Assembly (NCBI GenBank): GCA_016214745.1
Contig: JACRNW010000006.1
Location: 13,367-77,366, forward strand
Source: Candidatus Falkowbacteria bacterium
Lineage (GTDB): Bacteria; Patescibacteriota; Patescibacteriia; XYB2-FULL-38-15
DNA: 64,000 nt
Reading direction: 5' to 3'
The notes below the pieces were generated by a model that was given only the letters and a program-made list of their open reading frames with translations, had not been told where the DNA came from and did not search any database. This document shows positions 38,776-49,223 of this stretch, piece by piece; position 1 is the first letter of the stretch, and each line of letters begins with the position of its first letter. Both the position numbers and the translations under genes were made by a program.

Positions 38776-40350
38776 ATGCGTCCAAAACCAGTGGCTCTTG
38801 TTATCTTAGACGGATGGGGGATTGCTCCAAAGGGGAAGGGGAATGCTATTGCTGGCGCCAATACGCCGAATTTTAATAAATTGGTCGCCGCATATCCGGC
38901 GATGACCCTCAGAGCTTCCGGAGACGAGGTTGGACTTTCTTGGGGTGAAATGGGAACCTCGGAAGTTGGTCATTTAAACCTCGGTACGGGGCGAATTTTT
39001 TATCAGACACTTCCCAGAATTAACAAAGCCATTGGAGATGGTTCATTTTTTCGCAACAAAATTTTGCGGGAAGCGGCGGAGCGCGTCAAAAAACATAAAT
39101 CAAATCTTCATTTGATGGGCCTTACAAGCGTCGGGCGCGTGCATACCACGATTGAACACCTCTACGCTCTTCTAAAATTTGCCAAGGAACAAAAAATAAA
39201 AAATGTTTTTATTCACGTTTTTTTAGATGGCCGAGATACGATTTATAATAGCGGCATTGATTTTGTAAAAAAACTTCAGGAAAAAATTAAAGAGTACGGC
39301 GTCGGGCATATCGCCACGCTCTCCGGGCGTTTTTACGCCATGGATCGCGACAACCGTTGGGACAGAACGGAAAAAGCTTACAGGGCTATCGCTGAAGGAA
39401 AAAGTGATGAATATTTTTCCGATCCGGTGAAGGCGATAGAATCTTCATATAAAAATAAAGTTTATGATGAAGAGTTTGTCCCGGTTGTAATTTTGGAAAA
39501 GAAAAAGCCTGTTGCCACATTCGGAGAAAATGACGCCGTGATTTTTTTCAACTATCGCGCCGATCGGGCAAGACAGATGACTAAAGCCTTTATCACGGAA
39601 AATTTTTATAAATTTGAAAGAACACAATTTTTTCCGAAATTATTTTTTGCCACGATGACAGAGTATGAAAAAGATTTACCGGTTAAAATTATTTTTCCGC
39701 CGGAAGAAATAAAAATTTGTTTGGCGAAAGTTTTAAGCGAAGCCGGATTAAAACAGCTCCATATCGCGGAAACGGAAAAGTACGCTCATGTTACGTTCTT
39801 TTTTAACGGTATGAAAGAAGAAGAATTTCCCGGAGAGGACCGGATTATTGTTCCTTCGCCGCACGTTGCTTCCTACGACCAGAAACCGGAGATGTCCGCC
39901 AAAATTATCACCGAAAAGATAATTAAAGAAATTATGTCGCAAAAATATGATTTTATGGTGGTCAATTTCGCGAATGCCGATATGGTTGGGCACACGGGAA
40001 AATACGAGCCGACCGTCCGGGCCGCTGAAATGGTTGATAAATGCCTGGGCCAGATAGCTGATGTAATTTTGCCCATGGGCGGAGTTTTGGCGATTACCGC
40101 CGATCACGGTAATGCCGAAGAAGTTTTTAATCTGCAAACGGGCGAAATTGATAAAGAACACAGCACAAATCCCGTGCCGCTTATTTTAGCCGGCAAAGAT
40201 TTGAAAAATAATATGGCAGAATCCCAGGCGGCTGGAACTGACCTTAGTTTAATGCCGCCGGTTGGAGTTTTGGCTGATGTCGCGCCAACAATTTTAAAAA
40301 TTATGGAAATAAAACAACCGGGAGAGATGACGGGCACGGCATTGATTTGA
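38776..40350 (+). CDS. gpmI: 2,3-BPG-independent phosphoglycerate mutase (paralog 2)
   Basis: ILDGWG, GTSEVGH, DGRD, AETEKYAHVT, TADHGN. Confidence 0.93.
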   Translation: MRPKPVALVILDGWGIAPKGKGNAIAGANTPNFNKLVAAYPAMTLRASGDEVGLSWGEMGTSEVGHLNLGTGRIFYQTLPRINKAIGDGSFFRNKILREAAERVKKHKSNLHLMGLTSVGRVHTTIEHLYALLKFAKEQKIKNVFIHVFLDGRDTIYNSGIDFVKKLQEKIKEYGVGHIATLSGRFYAMDRDNRWDRTEKAYRAIAEGKSDEYFSDPVKAIESSYKNKVYDEEFVPVVILEKKKPVATFGENDAVIFFNYRADRARQMTKAFITENFYKFERTQFFPKLFFATMTEYEKDLPVKIIFPPEEIKICLAKVLSEAGLKQLHIAETEKYAHVTFFFNGMKEEEFPGEDRIIVPSPHVASYDQKPEMSAKIITEKIIKEIMSQKYDFMVVNFANADMVGHTGKYEPTVRAAEMVDKCLGQIADVILPMGGVLAITADHGNAEEVFNLQTGEIDKEHSTNPVPLILAGKDLKNNMAESQAAGTDLSLMPPVGVLADVAPTILKIMEIKQPGEMTGTALI

Positions 40351-42995
40351 ATCAAAAATTAAAAAATATGGATTGGCACGCGGAAGAAATTCATAAAATT
40401 TTTTTAGAACTTAAAACCACTGAAAGTGGTTTAAGTTTTGATGAGGCAAAAAAAAGACTTTTAAAATACGGTGAAAATAAATTGCCCGAAGAAAAGAGAC
40501 TGGCAAAATTAAAAATTTTCTTAAACCAATTTAAAAGTCCGTTGATTTATATTTTGCTTATAGCCGCCGCGATTACCTTTTTTTCCAAAAATTTTGTTGA
40601 TACGGGGGTGATTCTTGCGACGGTTTTTTTAAATACGATTGTTGGTTTTTTTGAAGAGAATAAAGCGGAACGCGCGATTGAGCAACTGAGGAAAGTTTTG
40701 GAATATAGAGCTACGGTTTTAAGGGGCGGGCAAGAGCATAAAATTAAAGCCGAAGAATTGGTTCCCGGGGATATAATTTTGGTTGAAGCCGGGGATAAGA
40801 TTATGGCTGACGCGCGCCTCCTGGACGCAAAAAATTTACAGGTTGTTGAAGCTGCGCTGACGGGAGAATCCAGCCCTTCCCGCAAAAATACTGACCTCTT
40901 GGATAAAGGCATTCCCTTGGCTGATCGAGAAAATATGTTGTATATGGGTACGACCATTGCCCGTGGTCGCGGCTTGGCAGTAGTGGTAGAAACGGGTCTT
41001 AATACGGAATTAGGTAAAATAGCGAAAGCATTAAGTGAAATTTCCGAGGAAAAAACTCCGCTGCAAAAACAGATGATTAATTTCGGCAAATGGTTGGCGA
41101 TTGTTTTTTTAATTGTTTCGCTGGTTCTTTTTTTGATTGGAATTTTTCAGGGCAGGCCCATTTTTGAAATGTTTTTAATAGTTGTTGCCGTAGCTGTTGC
41201 TTCGGTTCCCGAGGGGTTGGTTATTTCTCTGACAGTGATTTTAGCTGTTGGAATGCAGAGAATTTTAAAAGAGCAGGCATTGGTAAGAAAATTAATTGCC
41301 GCGGAAACCTTGGGGAGCGTATCAATTATTTGTTCGGATAAAACCGGAACGCTTACTCTCGGGAAAATGTTGGTAGATCATATTTTTACCGAAACCGGCA
41401 GTGAAAAAACAAAAGTCAAAGTTTTAGAAATCGGATTGCTCTGCAACAACGCAATTATTGAAAATCCGGAAAACGATCTTAAGGATTGGGTAATTTCGGG
41501 TGACCCGGTAGATCAGGCGTTATTTTTAGCCGCTGTCCAAATAGATTTGAGTAAAGCTGATTTAGAAAAAACCAAACCTCGGATAGATGAAATTCCTTTT
41601 GATGAAGAACGAAAGTACATGGCGACATTGCATAAAATCAGAAGTCAAAAATTTGAAACGAAAAATTTAATTTATGTCAAAGGAGCGCCAGAAAAAATTT
41701 TGGAAATATCGGGTAGTTTAGAATCGGATGGAAAAGTGGAAAAATTTACCCCCGCATTAAAGAAAAAATTCTATAAAGAAATAGATGATTTGGCGAAGAG
41801 AGGTTTGAAATTGTTGGCGGTTGGCTGGAAAGAGGCTCCGGGGGTAGAAAAATTAAACGATAATGGTTTGGAAAATTTGGTTTTGACTGGTTTGGTTGCT
41901 TTTAAGGATCCTCTCCGACCGGAAGCCCCGAGAGCCATACAGTTATGCCGGGAGGCGGGGATTAGGCCGATTTTAGTGACTGGCGATCATAAACTAACGG
42001 CCCAAACAATCGCCCGAGAAGTTGGTCTTATGGCAGAAGAAAAAAATATTTTGGAAGGAGCAGAGCTGGATAAAATCGGCGATGAAGAATTCGCAAAAAT
42101 TTTAAAAAATATTGACATTTACGCGAGAGTTGAACCGCGCCATAAATTAAGGATTATTGAGGCATGGCAAAAAAAAGGAGAAGTTGTGGCCATGACCGGC
42201 GACGGAGTTAATGATGCGCCAGCTCTGAAAAAGGCGGATGTCGGCGTTGCTCTCGGTTCGGGAACGGATGTGGCAAAGGAAGTTTCCGATATAGTTCTTT
42301 TGGACAATAATTTTAATGGTATTGTGAAGGCCGTAGAGCAAGGAAGGTCTATTTTTGAAAGTGTCAGAAAGATGCTTGTTTATTTTCTTTCAGATGGGTT
42401 TTGCGAAGTGATTCTTGTCGGAGGAAGTTTACTTTTAGGTTTTCCTTTGCCGGTTTTGGCCGCCCAGATTCTTTGGGTTAATTTAATTGAACATAGTATG
42501 CCGGCCATGACACTTGCTTTTGAGCCGGCAGAAAAAGAATTGATGCTTGAAAAACCGAGGAAAAAGCATGGACCGATTTTGGATCCGGAAATGCAAGTAA
42601 TTATTTTGTGTGCGGGAATTTTGACCGATCTTTTGCTTTTTGGCTTGTTCTATTTTCTCTGGAAAACAACAAATGATTTAGCTTATGCGAGGACCATGAC
42701 TTTTGCCGGCCTGGCGGTTGATTCACTTTTTTATATCTGGAGCTGCAAGAGTTTGCGATTTTCCATTTGGCAGAAAAATCCTTTTAAAAATAAATTTTTT
42801 AACATAAGCATAGTTTTAAGTTTTGCGATGTTACTTGTAGCCCTGTATCTGCCGTTTTTACAGAAGATTTTAAGAGTGACTAAGCTGGGATTGGGCGACT
42901 GGACGATATTGCTCGGGCTTGGTATTTTAAATATAATATTAATAGAGACGGTTAAATACTTTTTTATTTCCAGGAGAAGAATAATAACTGATTAA
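40347..42995 (+). CDS. Cation-transporting P-type ATPase (P2, Ca2+-like)
   Basis: TGES, VPEGL, DKTGT, KGAPE, TGDGVND. Confidence 0.93.
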   Translation: MNQKLKNMDWHAEEIHKIFLELKTTESGLSFDEAKKRLLKYGENKLPEEKRLAKLKIFLNQFKSPLIYILLIAAAITFFSKNFVDTGVILATVFLNTIVGFFEENKAERAIEQLRKVLEYRATVLRGGQEHKIKAEELVPGDIILVEAGDKIMADARLLDAKNLQVVEAALTGESSPSRKNTDLLDKGIPLADRENMLYMGTTIARGRGLAVVVETGLNTELGKIAKALSEISEEKTPLQKQMINFGKWLAIVFLIVSLVLFLIGIFQGRPIFEMFLIVVAVAVASVPEGLVISLTVILAVGMQRILKEQALVRKLIAAETLGSVSIICSDKTGTLTLGKMLVDHIFTETGSEKTKVKVLEIGLLCNNAIIENPENDLKDWVISGDPVDQALFLAAVQIDLSKADLEKTKPRIDEIPFDEERKYMATLHKIRSQKFETKNLIYVKGAPEKILEISGSLESDGKVEKFTPALKKKFYKEIDDLAKRGLKLLAVGWKEAPGVEKLNDNGLENLVLTGLVAFKDPLRPEAPRAIQLCREAGIRPILVTGDHKLTAQTIAREVGLMAEEKNILEGAELDKIGDEEFAKILKNIDIYARVEPRHKLRIIEAWQKKGEVVAMTGDGVNDAPALKKADVGVALGSGTDVAKEVSDIVLLDNNFNGIVKAVEQGRSIFESVRKMLVYFLSDGFCEVILVGGSLLLGFPLPVLAAQILWVNLIEHSMPAMTLAFEPAEKELMLEKPRKKHGPILDPEMQVIILCAGILTDLLLFGLFYFLWKTTNDLAYARTMTFAGLAVDSLFYIWSCKSLRFSIWQKNPFKNKFFNISIVLSFAMLLVALYLPFLQKILRVTKLGLGDWTILLGLGILNIILIETVKYFFISRRRIITD

Positions 42996-43001
42996 TTTTA
43001 T

Positions 43002-43820
43002 ATGCCGGAATTACCAGAAGTGGAAACAATCAGACGGCAATTACTCGCGAGGATAAGGGGGAGAAAGATTAAATCAGTTGAAGTTAAACTGGCGAGAATG
43101 GTTAACGTTCCGGCCGCGGAATTTGAAAAAACGGTGGCCAACGCGAGCGTAAAAAATATCCGCCGGCGGGCGAAGATTTTAATTTTTGATCTTTCAAACG
43201 GCTGGAGTATCGCCGTTCATCTAAAAATGACCGGGCAGTTGATTTATGACGGTAAGGAAGGAATCGGCAAGTCGCACATTATTTATACTTTTTCCGACGG
43301 TCACAAGTTAAAGCATTATGATTTTCGCCTTTTTGGATATGCAAAGTTAATAAAAACCGATGAGATGGAAAAACTTTTGGCTAAAGAAAATTTTGGCCCC
43401 GAGATTTTGGACGGAAATTTTTCCTTGGTGATATTTAAAAATTTGTTGGCAAAGAAACCAAGGGCAAAAATTAAGCCGCTTTTAATGGATCAGAAGTTTA
43501 TTGCCGGTGTGGGAAATATTTACGCGCAAGAGGCATGTTTCTGCGCCAGAATTTCGCCGAAAAGAATTGTCGGCACCCTGGCCGCAGAGGAAATTAAAAA
43601 TCTTTATCAGTGTCTTCAAAAAATTCTCGCCGCCGCCCTCGCGCGAGGCGGTTCATCGGTTGACGCTTACGTCAACGCGCTGGGAGAAAAGGGCGGCTAT
43701 GTACCATTTTTAAAAGTTTATGGGCGGGAAGGCAAGCCGTGTATTGGCTGCCGCGGAAAAGTTAAAACAATTAAATTAGCCGGGCGAGGAACAAGTTTTT
43801 GCCCCAGCTGCCAGCGATAG
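43002..43820 (+). CDS. mutM: Formamidopyrimidine-DNA glycosylase
   Basis: MPELPEVE, HLKMTG, GVGNIY, C-terminal zinc finger. Confidence 0.96.
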   Translation: MPELPEVETIRRQLLARIRGRKIKSVEVKLARMVNVPAAEFEKTVANASVKNIRRRAKILIFDLSNGWSIAVHLKMTGQLIYDGKEGIGKSHIIYTFSDGHKLKHYDFRLFGYAKLIKTDEMEKLLAKENFGPEILDGNFSLVIFKNLLAKKPRAKIKPLLMDQKFIAGVGNIYAQEACFCARISPKRIVGTLAAEEIKNLYQCLQKILAAALARGGSSVDAYVNALGEKGGYVPFLKVYGREGKPCIGCRGKVKTIKLAGRGTSFCPSCQR

Positions 43821-43860
43821 TTATTAAGTTCATAAGTTTTTAAGTTTATAAATTTTTAAA

Positions 43861-44382
43861 ATGGATTTTTATTTTTTCCAACTCATTAATAATTTAGCTG
43901 GCCGATGGCAGCCGCTTGATTGGTTCGGTGTTTTTTGCGCGGAATACTTAATTTTCATTATGGCCTTTGCGATTATTGTTTGGACGATTTTTAATAAAAA
44001 TAATCAGCGCGCGGACGCGGTCATAATTTTAGAAATTATTTTAGCGTCTTTCTTGAGTTATCTTGTAAAAATTTTGGTTAATTTAATTTATTTCAGGTTG
44101 CGACCGTTTGTCGCTCACGACGTAAATTTGTTGATAGGAAAAATATCCGACGGTTCTTTTCCGTCGGCGCACACGTTTTTATCTTTTGTTATGGCTTTTG
44201 GAATTTATTATTACAATAAAAAATTAGGAATCGTTTTATTAATTTTGGCGGCGTTTGTCGGTATTTCCAGAATTTATGTCGGAGTGCATTATCCGTCAGA
44301 TGTTTTGGGCGGAATAATTTTAGCATGGCTTTCAGTATACTTAGTAAATAAGGTTAATTGGAAAAAATTATTAAAAATATAA
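43861..44382 (+). CDS. PAP2-family undecaprenyl-diphosphatase (BcrC-like)
   Basis: RLRPF, SFPSAH, SRIYVGVHYPSD. Confidence 0.88.
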   Translation: MDFYFFQLINNLAGRWQPLDWFGVFCAEYLIFIMAFAIIVWTIFNKNNQRADAVIILEIILASFLSYLVKILVNLIYFRLRPFVAHDVNLLIGKISDGSFPSAHTFLSFVMAFGIYYYNKKLGIVLLILAAFVGISRIYVGVHYPSDVLGGIILAWLSVYLVNKVNWKKLLKI

Positions 44383-44397
44383 CTTGAATAGTTATTT

Positions 44398-45459
44398 ATG
44401 AAAATTGTAATTCGCGCCGGCGGGTCAGGAACCAGGCTTTGGCCGGCCAGCCGCGAAAACAATCCAAAACAATTTCAGGCGTTGATTGGTAAAAAGACTT
44501 TTGTTCGCGACACCGTCGATCGCGTGAAGCCGCTTCTTAAAAATAACGGCGATCTTTTTATTTCAGTGAATCAAAAAATGGCCGGAAGATTAAAAAAAGA
44601 AATTTCGGAATTGCCGGTTAAAAATATAATTTTGGAGCCGACGGGGCGAAACACCGGGCCGGCGATGTGTCTTGAAAGTTGTTTTTTGGCTCGCCGTTTT
44701 GGAGAAGACGCGATTGTCGCGAGTTTGCCTTCCGATGATTATATTTCCGATGCAGTTTCTTTTCGCGCCATGCTCCGGGAGGCGGAAAAATTTTTGGAAA
44801 AAAATTCCGGCTACATTGTCACGCCGGGCGCGAGGCCGACTTACCCGGACGCGGGATACAGTTACATAAAAATTGGAGAGAAATTAGCCGGGGACAAAGA
44901 AACAAAAATTTTTAAAGTCGCGGACTGGGTGGAAAAGCCGGATGTTCATCACTGCAAAAAATTAATCCAGTCGAGAAAATATTTTTATCATACAGGAATG
45001 TATATTTGGGAACTGAAGACTGTTTTGGATTTATTTAGAAAATTTCAGCCGGAGATGTATGAAGTTTGCTCACTCGTTGCCGAAGGCCGTCGGGTCGGCG
45101 ATTACGAAAAATTACCAAAAATTTCGGTTGAGACGGCCATCACGAATAGAGCGCCAAAAATTGCCGTTGCTATTTCGGAAAAATTTGTCTGGAGCGATTT
45201 GGGTAAATGGCAGATCATAGCCGAGATGCTTTCTAAAGATGCGAAAGGCAACGTGACAAAAGGAAAAAATATTTTGATTGATACAAAAAATTCTTTGGTT
45301 TACGGCCCGGAAAATAAGTTGGTCGCCACGATTGGTTTGGACGGGATTGTTATTGTTTTAACGGAAGACGCGCTGTTAGTTTGTCCAAAAGATAGGGCTG
45401 GGGAAGTAAAAAAGATTGTGGAGGAGCTGGGCGAGAGAGGATTAAAAAAATATTTATAA
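44398..45459 (+). CDS. manC: Mannose-1-phosphate guanylyltransferase family
   Basis: AGGSGTRLWPASR..PKQF, EPTGRNTGPA, EKP, WSDLG. Confidence 0.85.
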   Translation: MKIVIRAGGSGTRLWPASRENNPKQFQALIGKKTFVRDTVDRVKPLLKNNGDLFISVNQKMAGRLKKEISELPVKNIILEPTGRNTGPAMCLESCFLARRFGEDAIVASLPSDDYISDAVSFRAMLREAEKFLEKNSGYIVTPGARPTYPDAGYSYIKIGEKLAGDKETKIFKVADWVEKPDVHHCKKLIQSRKYFYHTGMYIWELKTVLDLFRKFQPEMYEVCSLVAEGRRVGDYEKLPKISVETAITNRAPKIAVAISEKFVWSDLGKWQIIAEMLSKDAKGNVTKGKNILIDTKNSLVYGPENKLVATIGLDGIVIVLTEDALLVCPKDRAGEVKKIVEELGERGLKKYL

Positions 45460-45472
45460 TTTTTCAATTTTT

Positions 45473-46498
45473 ATGAAAAAAATTATTTTTTTGGGAATAC
45501 TTGTTATTTTAGTCATTACCGGCTGGACTATTTTTGTGCCGCCGTCGGAAGATCCCACGGAGAAAAATTTTGTTATTGGGAAGGGTGAGGGCGTTCATGA
45601 AATAAGCCAGCACTTGAAAGAACAAAATTTTATTAAAAATGAATTTGTTTTTGAAACTTACGTTTGGCTAAAAAAAGTCCAGAGTAAATTTATGGCTGGC
45701 GAACACGCGTTAAGACAGAACATGAGAGTTTGGGAAATTATTTCGGTTCTAACTTCGCCCGGCGAAACAAACGAGCGTGATATAAAAATTCTTGAAGGAT
45801 GGAATAACCGCGAGATCGCGAATTATTTAGACGGCGAGGGAGTGGTTAATAAAGATGTTTTTTTGGAAGCAGTTTTGAGTTATAAATTAGGAAATACAGA
45901 TTATGAATTTTTAGAGGATAAACCCGAAGGAGCTACGCTTGAAGGTTATCTTTTCCCCGACACTTACAAAATTTACAAAAAATTTCCGGCGGAACTTTTA
46001 GACGGCAAAGATGAAGCATCAGCCATGGCCAATCACATTATTAAAAAGATGCTGGAAAATTTCAATCAGAAACTATCAGCCGAAATGAGAGCAGAAATCG
46101 CCAAAAATAAAAAAACAATTTTTGAAATTATCACCATGGCGTCAATCATTGAAAAGGAAGCGCGCGGAGAAGATATGGCCATGGTGGCAGATATTTTTTG
46201 GCGAAGAATTGATGAAGGCATTGCCCTGCAGTCTGACGCCACGGTAAATTACGCGACCGGGAAATACGAAACTCAGCCGAGCTTAGACGATTTAAAAATT
46301 AATTCGCCTTACAATACTTATAAATATCGGGGCCTGCCCGCGGGACCGATCGGGAATCCGGGACTTGAGGCCATCCGGGCGGCGGTTTATCCCAAAGCCA
46401 ACAATTATTGGTATTTTTTACACACCAAAGACGGCCAGACAATTTATAGCCGGACATTTGACGAACACAAGGCAAATAAATTGAAATATTTACAATAA
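45473..46498 (+). CDS. mltG: Endolytic transglycosylase MltG
   Basis: LEGYLFPDTY, ASIIEKE, LQSDAT, SPYNTY..GLPAGPIGNPG. Confidence 0.95.
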   Translation: MKKIIFLGILVILVITGWTIFVPPSEDPTEKNFVIGKGEGVHEISQHLKEQNFIKNEFVFETYVWLKKVQSKFMAGEHALRQNMRVWEIISVLTSPGETNERDIKILEGWNNREIANYLDGEGVVNKDVFLEAVLSYKLGNTDYEFLEDKPEGATLEGYLFPDTYKIYKKFPAELLDGKDEASAMANHIIKKMLENFNQKLSAEMRAEIAKNKKTIFEIITMASIIEKEARGEDMAMVADIFWRRIDEGIALQSDATVNYATGKYETQPSLDDLKINSPYNTYKYRGLPAGPIGNPGLEAIRAAVYPKANNYWYFLHTKDGQTIYSRTFDEHKANKLKYLQ

Positions 46499-46619
46499 AA
46501 AAGATAAGCGGCGGTGAAGAGAACAATTTTCATCGGTAATGGGGCGGCCTTGCTAAGTGCCGCCTTTTCTGTTAATTTTCTTCGAAGGGGGCGCCGGGGT
46601 CAATGAAAGGAGGTAAGAA

Positions 46620-46946
46620 ATGGGTGGTCTTTCTCCAAAACAGGTTGGGAAGATTCTGAAGCGGAGATTCCCCGAGATGAATCGTCACACTCGTCAGGCG
46701 ATGGAAATTATCTTCAGCCATCTCGTTAACCGGCTGCCGCTTGTTCATCTTCCGTCAGATCTTGATTATCTGGCGCTTGTGGATCCGTCGCTTACCACAA
46801 GATGCCTCATTTGCCTCGTCTGCGGGGATCTGCGGGCCGGCGGCAATGCCCCGATTTACATTAAGGTGGAACCGATTATGGGGCAGGTAGGAGGAGACGG
46901 GGGCTGGCTTCAGATTGTTTCCCGGGAATGGCGGAGAGGGGGGTAG
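46620..46946 (+). CDS. GC-rich hypothetical protein (islet gene)
   Basis: AGGAGGT SD; promoter TTGCTA(46550)-17-TAATTT; terminator just after the stop. Confidence 0.55.
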   Translation: MGGLSPKQVGKILKRRFPEMNRHTRQAMEIIFSHLVNRLPLVHLPSDLDYLALVDPSLTTRCLICLVCGDLRAGGNAPIYIKVEPIMGQVGGDGGWLQIVSREWRRGG

Positions 46947-47030
46947 TCCGGCGAACACATGTTTGCCGGCTTTTTTTACTCATTTTTAAAAATATGATAA
47001 AATAAATAAACAAAATACCTATCCACAATT

Positions 47031-47213
47031 ATGGCAGAAGAAAAAAAATTATCTACGAGAGAAAAAATTTTGAAGGCAGAAGATGCTTATCAGAAGTTTT
47101 CCGATATTATGGCCAAATTATCGCGTCGCCAGAGAACAGTTTTGGAAAAGGCGATAAAGAAGATAGAAGCGCAACAGATAGAGAAGGTACGCAAAAATTT
47201 AAAACTTATTTAA
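47031..47213 (+). CDS. Small helical hypothetical protein
   Basis: 60-aa ORF downstream of a -10-like element. Confidence 0.55.
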   Translation: MAEEKKLSTREKILKAEDAYQKFSDIMAKLSRRQRTVLEKAIKKIEAQQIEKVRKNLKLI

Positions 47214-47237
47214 ATTTATTATTTTAAAGTTAAAATT

Positions 47238-48680
47238 ATGGCACTTAGAGATTTTGGGGCGGACGAAGCTTTAGAAAAATATGGGAAAGAAAAAGGGACG
47301 GCCGAAAAGTCCGGCGAAGGCTGGACGGCGGATAGAAAGGAATTTGAAGCGGTCCGCAAAGAAAAAAAATTAAGAAAACCGGGGTCTGTTTCTAGATTTT
47401 TTAATCAATTTGGCATTGGAAAATATTGGGAGCGCCTGAATGATTATTTTGAGCAGGAAGAAAGAATGGAAAAGGAAGAGGCCGAAAGGGCGGCGGCCAA
47501 GGAAACAGCGGGGGATGTGAAAGCCGCGGCTGAGGAGAAAGTCGGCGCCATAAAAGCGGAAGGAACGGAAATGCCGAAAAAAATTGAAGCAAGCGCGGCG
47601 CGTGCCGGAGCCGAAGCGGCAGAAGCGGCGCCAATTGTTGCTGAAGCAAAAGCTGAAGAGACGCAAATTGAGCAAGAAGCAGAGGCGGCAAGGGCTGATT
47701 TGGGTGAAGAAGTAGAGATTCTTGAGCAAAGACCCCTAATGGATGAAGTCAAAGAAAAATATGAGAAAAAATATAAAGACACTCCGTTGCGGGAAATTGA
47801 CGTAAGGATTAAATATATTGAGCATCAGATGAAGGCGCAGGATAATCGCCATGATGAGATAGAGGAAGGTTTAAAAAGCGGTAAGCTTTTTAAATCGGAT
47901 GAGTTACGGGCCGAGCAGAAACAAATGGAAGAAAAGCGCGAGTGGTTTGAAACTGAACGGAAGATATTGCTCGAAATTAAAAAAGAAAAAACGCCAGCTA
48001 AGGCTGAAGTGAAAAAAATAAAAGCGGAAGAATCGCTCGCGTGGGAAGAGGCGGAAGAACCAGCCGTTGCCAAAGAAGCTAAAGAAGGGGCAGTGCCTTC
48101 GCCCGCGGAAGTAAAATCAGCTGAAGTTTTGTCTGAAGAAATAATTGAGCCGGCGGAAGAAGAAATGGAAAAAGCTAAGGTTAAACCAGTATCTTTGAAA
48201 AAGAAAAAAATCCAAGCCGGTCCGCCGTCAATTAAGGAGATAAAGCCAGTTGAAGTTTTAGGTGAGGAAGTTATTGGAGCTGAATCACTGACTCTATGGG
48301 ACGAAGTAGAACCGGCAACAATTTCCGTGACAGAAAGAAAAAAAATTGAAACTGGGCGATGGGAACCGAAAATTTCTGCCGAATTTAAGGCTCATGAACC
48401 TAAACTTTTTAGCGAAATGGAAAAGGCATTTTTTGCTAAAGGAGAAAAGGGAAGTAAGGCGCGGCTGGAGCGCATGTTGAGTTCTTTAGAAAAAGTTGGC
48501 GAGGCTTATGCAAAACAAAAGACAGAAAAAGAAATTTCCGCGGCCGACCTGAAGGCGTTAAAGAAATGGATCGCCGAGACGAAGGCGGCAATAAATGTAT
48601 TGCAACGGGCTCCAGAAGAAATGAAGCCGGTAAAAGTTGTGGAGTTGAAGAAAAAGAAGAAAGCGGGAAGAGCGGCCTAG
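47238..48680 (+). CDS. E/K/A-rich coiled-coil, low-complexity protein
   Basis: 480 aa, ends KKKKKAGRAA. Confidence 0.7.
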   Translation: MALRDFGADEALEKYGKEKGTAEKSGEGWTADRKEFEAVRKEKKLRKPGSVSRFFNQFGIGKYWERLNDYFEQEERMEKEEAERAAAKETAGDVKAAAEEKVGAIKAEGTEMPKKIEASAARAGAEAAEAAPIVAEAKAEETQIEQEAEAARADLGEEVEILEQRPLMDEVKEKYEKKYKDTPLREIDVRIKYIEHQMKAQDNRHDEIEEGLKSGKLFKSDELRAEQKQMEEKREWFETERKILLEIKKEKTPAKAEVKKIKAEESLAWEEAEEPAVAKEAKEGAVPSPAEVKSAEVLSEEIIEPAEEEMEKAKVKPVSLKKKKIQAGPPSIKEIKPVEVLGEEVIGAESLTLWDEVEPATISVTERKKIETGRWEPKISAEFKAHEPKLFSEMEKAFFAKGEKGSKARLERMLSSLEKVGEAYAKQKTEKEISAADLKALKKWIAETKAAINVLQRAPEEMKPVKVVELKKKKKAGRAA

Positions 48681-48740
48681 GGTCTTGCCAAAATTTTAAA
48701 TTTGTGCTATTATTGAATATTAATAAATTAACTTTTTAAT

Positions 48741-49145
48741 ATGTTTAGAGAAGGTGAAGTTCCGCCGGAAGTCGCGGCGGAATATGAAAAAATGGAAGGA
48801 AAAAATATGGAACCAAAACATGAAGCAGCTGCTGCAGTGGAAAGAGAAACTGATGTTGGCAGTTTACAAGCCGGAGTATTAAGCCCAGAAGATTTTGTGA
48901 AGTCGGTTTTAGCCCGCGAAGGCGGAGATCCGAGGAGAGCGGTAATGGCCACCCACAGCATAAAAGAATTTTGGATTAAACAACTTGATGAAGGAAATAT
49001 CACGCCCCAAGAATTTAGTGATGGCGTTTATAACGCCGCGGTCAAAATGCTGAAAGAGAGAAAGGGTCCGACAGAGAAAGAGAAAGCCAGAGAAGAGGCG
49101 CAGAAGGCAAGGCTTGAAAATATTCGGGGAAGACGAGCGGCTTAA
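48741..49145 (+). CDS. Hypothetical protein
   Basis: 134 aa, ends GRRAA. Confidence 0.65.
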   Translation: MFREGEVPPEVAAEYEKMEGKNMEPKHEAAAAVERETDVGSLQAGVLSPEDFVKSVLAREGGDPRRAVMATHSIKEFWIKQLDEGNITPQEFSDGVYNAAVKMLKERKGPTEKEKAREEAQKARLENIRGRRAA

Positions 49146-49223
49146 ATTTAAAAGAAAAAAAGAAGCATCCTCGGAAAGCGGGGATGCTTTTGTTTTTGCC
49201 TCCTTTCTTTGCTGGTCTCGACC

